NCBI GenBank assembly: GCA_013204345.1
Contig: JABMOB010000029.1
Coordinates: forward strand, 1 to 61,434
Length of the DNA stretch: 61,434 nucleotides
Origin: Parcubacteria group bacterium
GTDB taxonomy: Bacteria > Patescibacteriota > Minisyncoccia > Phycocordibacterales > JABMOB01
Direction: 5' to 3'
Below are positions 54,868-61,434 of this stretch, in pieces. How positions within the stretch are numbered: position 1 is the first letter of the stretch; each line of letters begins with the position of its first letter. Below the pieces are notes generated by a model that was not told the origin of the DNA, did not search any database, and was given only the letters and a program-made list of their open reading frames with translations. A program made the translations under genes and the position numbers.

Positions 54868-55473
54868 ATGGCCAGAAAAAGAGCGTTTGTATCAGTGACA
54901 GATAAGAGAAACCTCGGGCAACTCAAACGTTTGACCGATGTTGGTTGGGAAATTGTCTCTACTGGAGGTACAGCGAAAAAACTGAACGAGCTCGGAATAC
55001 CTTGTACATCAGTTGAAGACGTTACAGGGTTTCCCGAAATTCTCGACGGACGTGTCAAATCTATGCACCCTCTCATTACCGGCGCGATGCTTGGTGACAC
55101 AACTAATCCTGTTCACATCAAACAAATGGCAGAACACGACATTGAGCCGTTTCATTTGGTGATCGTCAATCTTTACGATTTCAACGGGAAACCGGGAATC
55201 GAAAATATCGATATTGGCGGGCCCACGGCCCTTCGATCAGCAGCCAAAAATGGTGAAAATGTTCTTGTAGTAATAGATCCATCCGACTACGATATGGTGA
55301 TTGACCAAATTTTGAACTCTGGTAATGTTACTCAGACCATAAGGGAACATTTAGTTTGGAGTGTATTCGAACATACGGCAGCTTACGACACAGCAATAGC
55401 GTCCTGGATGAATAGAAAGATAGAGGAAAGAGAAAGTATTTTCGCTCAAACTCCGACAGCTCAAGGCCACTGA
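54868..55473 (+). CDS. PurH N-terminal (IMP cyclohydrolase, MGS-like) domain only
   Basis: AFVSVTDK...VSTGGTAKKL...VTGFPEILDGRVKSMHP...VNLY.F...NIDIGGPTALRSAAKN matches the PurH IMPCH domain. No AICAR transformylase half is present. AGGAAGG RBS. Confidence 0.8.
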   Translation: MARKRAFVSVTDKRNLGQLKRLTDVGWEIVSTGGTAKKLNELGIPCTSVEDVTGFPEILDGRVKSMHPLITGAMLGDTTNPVHIKQMAEHDIEPFHLVIVNLYDFNGKPGIENIDIGGPTALRSAAKNGENVLVVIDPSDYDMVIDQILNSGNVTQTIREHLVWSVFEHTAAYDTAIASWMNRKIEERESIFAQTPTAQGH

Positions 55474-55512
55474 TTAATGCGTATTGAGCCTTCGTCATAG
55501 AAAATCACAAAC

Positions 55513-55538
55513 ACCGCTCTACCCAAGGGCGGTTTTTC
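55513..55538 (+). terminator. Terminator after the PurH-N gene
   Basis: ACCGC-loop-GCGGT followed by TTTTT. Confidence 0.6.
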
Positions 55539-55541
55539 TTA

Positions 55542-55577
55542 TAAAAAACAGCCCAAGAGTATAAACCTCTCGGGCTG
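55542..55577 (-). terminator. Terminator after the minus-strand orphan ORF
   Basis: CAGCCCAAGAG-tataaac-CTCTCGGGCTG with a T-run on the minus strand. Confidence 0.7.
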
Positions 55578-55601
55578 GTGTGAACCAAATCGTGACTGAC
55601 T

Positions 55602-55925
55602 TCAGATACCACCACGAAGCTTGTGAGCTTCTTTTTGGGGCTTGTTTGAACGCCCACTTGAAGCAGCGCCAACGAGTACATTGTTACCACCCAAGGTAAG
55701 CGTCAGCTCCTCGGCAGCTTTCTCGACGGGAACTCGAACAATCTCACTCCCGTCGTGAAAATCAAGAACTGGGAACTTCGGTGTCGCATAGCCTGGATCT
55801 TCATAAACCACAGGGCTTGAGACTTCGCAGTAGTACGGAACACCGATCTGAATCCTTGAAGCGAAACTGTGCGTTGTGTATCCATCACCATGAAAACGAT
55901 AACCCTCTTCGTGAGTGAATGTCAC
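55602..55925 (-). CDS. Hypothetical protein (island). The frame stays open to about 56126 with no start codon
   Basis: GC-rich ORF with a GTG start at 55925. A further 67 upstream codons are open with no ATG, GTG or TTG. No family was recognised. Confidence 0.45.
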   Translation of the reverse strand: MTFTHEEGYRFHGDGYTTHSFASRIQIGVPYYCEVSSPVVYEDPGYATPKFPVLDFHDGSEIVRVPVEKAAEELTLTLGGNNVLVGAASSGRSNKPQKEAHKLRGGI

Positions 55926-56309
55926 CCTGCACCAACCTTTTTCCTTTGCTTGTTTGATGGCACGATCCTGAACAACCCTTGCCTGCGCAATGGTGAGGGT
56001 GATTTCATCAGTATCGATATGCCGATCGAAACCCTCATCCTTGAAAAGAATTCTCCTTTGGGCCAGAACCGATTTGCCATCGTTCGCGATAGAAACCAGA
56101 GTGATTTCTTTCGAAAAACGATGGGGTAAAAATTCTAGTAACCAAGAGGCTTTTACTCTTGTGCAGTTGGCCGGGACGACCCCAATTCATAGAGGGTTAT
56201 TTTTTGGGTTATACTGACGTGAACGCCAAGGAATTTGTCTTGGCGATCAAAGAGCTGAAATCACTGATGTATAACGACGCTATCAGTTGAAAATAATTAA
56301 ATATGAAAT

Positions 56310-57083
56310 ATGGAAAATTTGCCATTCGAAATAGATAACAATGATTACGTAAAGCTTCCACGAAGCATCAAGACCGCCCTTGTGGACGGCTATTTGAGTT
56401 TTGAGGAATACTCGGTCCTCGTCTGGCTATGGATCACTGCCAACCCACGAATGGGAAAAGCTCATGTCAGCTACGCAGGACTTTCCAAGGACTTCAAAGA
56501 AAAGTATTCCAAGAATCACATCAATCGGCTGATGCTGAACCTGAAGCGTAAGAAGTGGGTATGGTTTGCCGTACAGCAAGGTCGCAGAAGTTCGTTCCAT
56601 GTTGATATCGCCAGTTATCCCTTATCTAATGGCGGTTTTGTAGACCTTGAAACTCGTAGCAAACAGAAGTCTGGCAGAAGTGAGGATGATACTAATGAGC
56701 CTTTACCAGCAGAAGCACCGACAGAAGTCAGTGACGTTCGGCAGAAGTTGGAAAGTGACAAAAACGCTTTAGTAGATAGGTTTTCTTTCGGTTCGGAAAG
56801 CTCGCTCGGCAGAAGTTCCAAGAACGACAACGAGAAAGAAAATAAAAACAACCGATCGAATCGTGGTCGACCCGTAAGCGAATTCACTCCCAAGTCTTAC
56901 GAGGAACAGAAATGTTGGGAGATCGCCAAAGAGCTGGGAGAAAAGGATATGACTTTTATTTTATCAGCTCTCAAGAAATACGGACTGGCAAGAATTGAGG
57001 AAGCTTATCGGTCCGTCATGGATCAACCAAACGAGAAAATTCGGCACAAAGGTGCGTATTTCAATAAATTATTAACCCTTTAA
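56310..57083 (+). CDS. Winged-helix, replication-initiator/DnaD-like protein (island)
   Basis: N-terminal wHTH-like region (YVKLPRSI...LSFEEYSVLVWLW), a low-complexity linker and a C-terminal helical domain ending in GAYFNKLL. Confidence 0.45.
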   Translation: MENLPFEIDNNDYVKLPRSIKTALVDGYLSFEEYSVLVWLWITANPRMGKAHVSYAGLSKDFKEKYSKNHINRLMLNLKRKKWVWFAVQQGRRSSFHVDIASYPLSNGGFVDLETRSKQKSGRSEDDTNEPLPAEAPTEVSDVRQKLESDKNALVDRFSFGSESSLGRSSKNDNEKENKNNRSNRGRPVSEFTPKSYEEQKCWEIAKELGEKDMTFILSALKKYGLARIEEAYRSVMDQPNEKIRHKGAYFNKLLTL

Positions 57084-57104
57084 AAGATACTAAATGATAC
57101 CCAA

Positions 57105-57539
57105 ATGGCAAAAAATGTAGACATAAAAAATGAAAAGTACCAGAATGCAATCCGCTTAAAATACGGCGATTTTACTTATTCAGAGATTGCCCAACTGCTA
57201 AAGGTCTCTCACGTTACTGTAAAGAGATGGTTTCGGTCAGACGGTTTACTTAAGGATGAGTACGAACGATACGAAAAAGAAAGAAATAAAGTTCGCGATA
57301 AAGAGACTGATACCGTCCTAATGAAACACGCCGAGACCGCATCCAAAATGTTGGTTAGTCTTATGGGTGCTAAAAGCGATGCTATGAAATTCCGAGCGGC
57401 CAAAACCATTCTTGATTTTGTCCGAGGTCCGGCTGGAGGCAGAGACGATGATCTCAATGATGAAGAATACAAAAGAAGTAGCCGACAAATTAGCGAGATT
57501 TTAGAGAAATACAAGAATAAAAAGACTGTGGGCAACTAA
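57105..57539 (+). CDS. HTH DNA-binding protein (terminase-small-subunit-like, or a candidate recombination directionality factor)
   Basis: YSEIAQLLKVSHVTVKRW helix-turn-helix motif followed by a charged helical tail. Lies directly upstream of the recombinase. Confidence 0.5.
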   Translation: MAKNVDIKNEKYQNAIRLKYGDFTYSEIAQLLKVSHVTVKRWFRSDGLLKDEYERYEKERNKVRDKETDTVLMKHAETASKMLVSLMGAKSDAMKFRAAKTILDFVRGPAGGRDDDLNDEEYKRSSRQISEILEKYKNKKTVGN

Positions 57540-57624
57540 CGCTTAGCTTGTTGCCAAAAATAGCGTATGTTGTGCTTGCAAGCTAAGCCTAAAATTATCA
57601 GCCAATAATTAAAATGAAAATAAT

Positions 57625-59349
57625 ATGGAACATGCATTAATTTACTGCCGAGTCTCAACCGAGGAACAGGCCGAGGACGGCCACCACTCCCTTGCGACCC
57701 AGCTCAAGCTCTGCAAACGAGCAATCGAGGAAAGTAACAAATTCAAACTGATAGATGACGGTGTTTTTGAAGACCCCGGACGATCAGCCACCAATATGAA
57801 TCGGCCGGGTCTGCAAGACATGCTACTTAAAATCCAAGACGACAAAACAATCAGAGCTGTCTTTATTCAAGACACTGACCGATTAGCCAGAAATGCTCTT
57901 GATCACATGCAGATCAAGGCGATTATGAAAAAGCACGATGTCGAGCTTTTCTCTGTCTCCCAGCCGGGCATTACCGACAGCCCCGAGGGAAACTTTATGG
58001 ACTTGGTTATTGCCGGTGTGAACCAACTCCAATCACAAATCACTTCCAGAAAGACCTTGAAAAGTCTTGAGCTAAAATTCTGGGAGGGTTGGTGGCCGAC
58101 CGGTGTGGCTGTTGGATATTTAAATGCTGGCGAACCAGACGATGAGAAAAAGAGAATTATTATTGTAGATGAAGAACGGGCACCACTTATTCAAGAAGCA
58201 TTCAAAATGTATGTGACCGGAGATTACTCAGTCTTTGAAGTTCGCGATGCTTTATACAAAAAGGGATTCAGAACTCACGCCGATAAACGACTGGCTCACA
58301 GCAAGATGATCGAGATACTAAAAAATCCTTTTTATTACGGCGAGATGAGGTGGCGAGGATTGATTAATACCGGAAAACACAAACCGCTTATTGATAAAGA
58401 TTTGTGGGAGCGAGTCCAGCTGGTTATGGCCAAACATAACCGCTATGCTTGCCGACGGCAAAAGTTTAACTTTATTCTGCGAGGTCTGACTTTTTGTGCC
58501 AACTGCGGACAAAGATACACGGCTGAACATCATCCTAAGAAAAACAAATCTTATTATCACTGCAACCGGTCTGGCGATCAGATTAAATGCCAAGATAAGT
58601 ATGTAGAGGTTTGGGACATAGAACAGCAGGTTGCCAACTTATTCAAGTACATAGAATTCACTCCCAATTTTACCGACAGACTGGTGACCAAAATTGAAAA
58701 GATTTATAGCAGTCGCAAGGAAGTGATTAATAAAGACAAACGAGGCTTGAATACTCAAAAGATGATGTTTGAAAAGAAACGGGATACAGCCGAGGAAAAA
58801 CTATTTGCCGGACTTATCACGGATGATGATTTCACTAGAATAAAAGTGAAAATCAAAGAACAGCTCGAACTATTGCAAGACGAACTGTATGTCCAAGATA
58901 AAAAACTCAATATGAGAATCGATGAACTGCAAGATATGCTCTTATTCGTCCGCAACGCTTACGAAGCCTATACCAAATCACCGGATGAAATGAAACGATT
59001 GTTCCTTGGCCTTTACTGGGAGAGATTCGAGGTGGCTGACAAAAAAATCCAAACCGTAATACCATCACCGATCATTAGAGGACTGATGCAAGCCGAGGAC
59101 ATGGTCTTTACCAAGAAATACAAAGAGATCACCGGTCCGAGGATAATAACCGACTTGGCTGTAGAATTTACCCCATTCATAGCGGGCAAATCAAAATCTA
59201 AGATTGCCCCTAAAACGCAAAAATCCCGACAAATTGCCGAGATTCCTGCAATGATATCCAATCAACCGAACTCGGTTATATTAGATACCGTCTGGGGTGA
59301 CCACTGGGAATCGAACCCAGATTTTTGCTTCCACAAAGCAAAGTCCTAA
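57625..59349 (+). CDS. Large serine recombinase (integrase)
   Basis: ALIYCRVSTEEQ catalytic serine motif, a resolvase core, a recombinase domain, a zinc ribbon (CANCGQRY...YYHCNR) and a coiled coil. The last 57 nt overlap tRNA-His. Confidence 0.9.
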   Translation: MEHALIYCRVSTEEQAEDGHHSLATQLKLCKRAIEESNKFKLIDDGVFEDPGRSATNMNRPGLQDMLLKIQDDKTIRAVFIQDTDRLARNALDHMQIKAIMKKHDVELFSVSQPGITDSPEGNFMDLVIAGVNQLQSQITSRKTLKSLELKFWEGWWPTGVAVGYLNAGEPDDEKKRIIIVDEERAPLIQEAFKMYVTGDYSVFEVRDALYKKGFRTHADKRLAHSKMIEILKNPFYYGEMRWRGLINTGKHKPLIDKDLWERVQLVMAKHNRYACRRQKFNFILRGLTFCANCGQRYTAEHHPKKNKSYYHCNRSGDQIKCQDKYVEVWDIEQQVANLFKYIEFTPNFTDRLVTKIEKIYSSRKEVINKDKRGLNTQKMMFEKKRDTAEEKLFAGLITDDDFTRIKVKIKEQLELLQDELYVQDKKLNMRIDELQDMLLFVRNAYEAYTKSPDEMKRLFLGLYWERFEVADKKIQTVIPSPIIRGLMQAEDMVFTKKYKEITGPRIITDLAVEFTPFIAGKSKSKIAPKTQKSRQIAEIPAMISNQPNSVILDTVWGDHWESNPDFCFHKAKS

Positions 59350-59368
59350 CCGTTGAACGATGGCCACC
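59293..59368 (-). tRNA. tRNA-His (GTG anticodon) with encoded G-1 and CCA
   Basis: Cloverleaf built by hand. G-1 plus GTGGCCA/TGGTCAC acceptor stem, GTTC/GGAC D stem, TTGCT-TTGTGGA-AGCAA anticodon arm and CTGGG-TTCGATT-CCCAG T arm. Confidence 0.9.
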
Positions 59369-59369
59369 A

Positions 59370-59873
59370 TTATTTGCATTGTTCCTTGTGTTTAATTAGG
59401 AATTTATGCTTCTCTAGACTATCATAATGAACCAATGAATGGCAATTGTGGCAAAGCCATGTTAAATTTTTTAAATTATTATTTCTGTGATTTTCATCGA
59501 TATGGTGAGTGACAAGCACCCTTGTATCTTTTTCCCCACAATAACTACAAACCTGCGGAACATTATGCCGTTTTAGTATACTCTGGTAAGAATTTTTACC
59601 ATCTTTGAAAGAAGCGTGTTTAGACCCAATAAACTCGGCATTTCTCCATTTAGTTTGACAAGATTTGTTACAAAAAAAATTTCCACTCTTGGAATGACTC
59701 AGTTGGGTAAATGTTTTCATTAATTCCTTACCGCAGATAAAACAAAACACTTTTTGTCTGACACGAGTTCCTAAGTTTTTACAATTTATAGAACAATATA
59801 TACCCCAACCTCTTCTTACATGAGACGGCCTTGGATAAAATTTTGTATTACAAACCTTACAATACGATGTCAT
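59370..59873 (-). CDS. HNH endonuclease with N-terminal zinc-ribbon repeats
   Basis: HHIDENHRNNNLKNLTWLCHNCHSLVH HNH motif and repeated CxxC...YCSINC modules. Confidence 0.8.
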   Translation of the reverse strand: MTSYCKVCNTKFYPRPSHVRRGWGIYCSINCKNLGTRVRQKVFCFICGKELMKTFTQLSHSKSGNFFCNKSCQTKWRNAEFIGSKHASFKDGKNSYQSILKRHNVPQVCSYCGEKDTRVLVTHHIDENHRNNNLKNLTWLCHNCHSLVHYDSLEKHKFLIKHKEQCK

Positions 59874-60367
59874 ATCTTTTGTCTTTTTAATAATACTTTT
59901 AATTCTTTTTTGTAATTATGAACTAAAAAATGACAATTCCTACAGAGCCATGTTAGATTCTGCATATTGTTATTTTTTCTATTCTTGTCAATATGATGCA
60001 CACAAAGTATTCTTGTATCGTTTTTTCCGCACGAAACACAAATTTGTTTTGAATTTGTCCTTTTAAAAAGATTTTTATACGACGACATACCACCGGCCCA
60101 GTTAGGGTGTTTGTCTGCTCTTTGTTGTTCTCCTAGCCATAAATTACTGCAATTTATGCTGCAAAAATATTTTTTATTCTTCGATCTTTTTAAATCTTTC
60201 AGTGATTTGTAAACAACTTTCTTACAAACAAAGCATGTGACATTCTTTCCTTTTCTTCTACCTTGTTCTGAACAATTTATTGAGCAATAATGTTTTAAGC
60301 TCAGTTTCAACTGAGATTTTTTTCTCCTAAATTTCTTACCACAAATATTACAAACAACATTTTTCAT
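59870..60367 (-). CDS. HNH endonuclease with N-terminal zinc-ribbon repeats (tandem paralog)
   Basis: HHIDKNRKNNNMQNLTWLCRNCHFLVH motif. Same architecture as 59370..59873, with a 4-nt overlap. ATG 60367 is preferred over TTG 60409. Confidence 0.8.
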   Translation of the reverse strand: MKNVVCNICGKKFRRKKSQLKLSLKHYCSINCSEQGRRKGKNVTCFVCKKVVYKSLKDLKRSKNKKYFCSINCSNLWLGEQQRADKHPNWAGGMSSYKNLFKRTNSKQICVSCGKNDTRILCVHHIDKNRKNNNMQNLTWLCRNCHFLVHNYKKELKVLLKRQKI

Positions 60368-60423
60368 ATGTTTATTATATAAAACATATTTAGAAATGTA
60401 AACACTCAATTCTGTGGCTATAA

Positions 60424-60978
60424 TTATTTGTAACTAGGTGCTTTCTCCTCAACATTAGATTTATAGCTACTTAGTCTAGCAAGAGCATAAAGCAAACTAG
60501 ACAAACGGTTGAGGTACGCCATTGTATCTGGACTTAATTTTACCTTTCCTTCCTCAACCACCACAACCGCTCTGCGCTCTGCTCTACGAGAAATCGTGCG
60601 AGCGATATCAAATAAAGCCCCACACTCTGTACTACCGGAAATGAAAAAGGTTTTTATAGGTGGAAGTTCACGCTCTATACCATCAACAATTGTTTCTACC
60701 TCCACAACTTTCTCTCTCTCAATTTTTTTCGACGCACCGGCCATTTCTGCTTGAATTATAAAAAGATTCTCTTGCATTGTGTTTACAATGTCTGAGAAAA
60801 ATAATCCACTCGCTGTTTTTAATTTCTCTTTTCGCGAACTGAACTTACAAAGTCCTAGAAAAGAATTTGTTTCATCAAGAGAACCAAGCGCTTCGGCGAC
60901 AGACGAGCTTTTTGATATCCTCTGGTCGCAACCAAAAGTTTTAGTTGTTCCTCCATCCCCTTTTCTTGTATAGAGCAT
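60424..60978 (-). CDS. PduO-type ATP:cob(I)alamin adenosyltransferase
   Basis: MLYTRKGDGGTT N-terminus, ...RR.ER... and AYLNRLSSLLYALAR helices typical of the PduO/MMAB family. Confidence 0.88.
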   Translation of the reverse strand: MLYTRKGDGGTTKTFGCDQRISKSSSVAEALGSLDETNSFLGLCKFSSRKEKLKTASGLFFSDIVNTMQENLFIIQAEMAGASKKIEREKVVEVETIVDGIERELPPIKTFFISGSTECGALFDIARTISRRAERRAVVVVEEGKVKLSPDTMAYLNRLSSLLYALARLSSYKSNVEEKAPSYK

Positions 60979-61434
60979 AATAAAATATAGCTATCAACTA
61001 TAAATACTATCACAAATTGTGCCCGGGAGAGGACTCGAAACTTACAGTTTCAGTATCCTAATTGGCCCCTCACCCAGCTAACAATATTTTCTTCTAACAA
61101 TAAACGTTATTGATTCAATCTTTTCATGACTGGGTGAGGGGCTCAATCAGGCTTCAAGTCCTCTCCGTAAATGCCCCCGGCATTTACTCCGCGCCTAAAA
61201 ATTCCCTAACGGTAATTAATGTGTCTGTATTGTACCAAACTCGCACCTATTTCCAAAACAAAGTGAGGTAATGACTTCGCACGCTCCGCGTGCGTGGTGG
61301 CTTGAAACTGCCTCGTACGCTCCGATCGCGCTGTGACGCACCTCGACCGCACTCGCGGACTCATGCGGGCAAAAACCAAAAATTTTCCTTACCTTTCATA
61401 TTTTCCTCGGCGGGGGTGTGGGGGGAGCCGACAA

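Larger units (their letters stand above)
54800..59292. mobile_element. GC-rich integrative island adjoining the tRNA-His 3' end (large serine recombinase, Rep-like wHTH, HTH protein, orphan ORF, PurH N-domain gene)
   Basis: An abrupt compositional shift to visibly higher GC. The recombinase gene lies at the tRNA-proximal end. The left boundary is approximate and no att repeats were identified. Confidence 0.55.

Noticed and set aside
54762-55100. 112-aa minus-strand ORF overlapping the PurH-N gene, and the long N-terminal extension of ORF 54766..55473
   Set aside because: The plus-strand frame has an unambiguous PurH IMPCH match starting at the ATG at 54868 with an AGGAAGG RBS. The extension would run across the csoR promoter and operator.
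61026-61166. tRNA or tmRNA 3' end suggested by TTCGAGTCC / TTCAAGTCC T-loop-like motifs
   Set aside because: The motifs are the two strands of one long hairpin. No 7-bp acceptor or 5-bp T stem can be formed around them.
61200-61400. RNase P RNA
   Set aside because: There is only a loose resemblance to the GGUGCGGUAAGAGCGCACC region. The universally conserved GAGGAAAGUCC and ACAGAAnnnGGCUUA elements were not found on either strand.

Overview
The window looks like an AT-rich, gene-dense, streamlined bacterial chromosome with a CPR/Parcubacteria-like gene set. Most host genes are on the minus strand. They include translation and replication housekeeping genes (recA tail, efp, rpsF-ssb-rpsR, metG, glyQS, ileS, argS, secE-nusG-rplK). 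They also include a thymidylate/folate block (dut, glyA, thyA, folA, folD, dCMP deaminase), central metabolism (gpmI, pyrD, a 2-hydroxyacid dehydrogenase) and many membrane proteins. Five things stand out. (1) IleRS carries an in-frame insertion of about 200 aa that looks like a histidine phosphatase domain. (2) A cobalamin-riboswitch-led surface-capture and uptake operon sits back to back with a B12-dependent class II ribonucleotide reductase, and a PduO-type adenosyltransferase lies nearby. (3) A CsoR-controlled copper ATPase is followed, without large gaps, by five small thiol/Cys-motif envelope genes. (4) A visibly GC-richer island of about 4.5 kb abuts tRNA-His. It encodes a large serine recombinase whose ORF runs into the tRNA, a Rep-like wHTH protein, an HTH protein, an ORF with no start codon and a PurH N-domain-only gene. 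(5) Several smaller GC-rich islets are present (a second HIT gene, an insertion-bearing second dUTPase, and a lipoprotein plus micro-ORF pair). There are also families of palindromic and tandem intergenic repeats, and a GC-rich, heavily structured non-coding region at the right edge. No CRISPR array, rRNA or transposase was seen. All calls rest on motif recognition by eye, and no searches were run.
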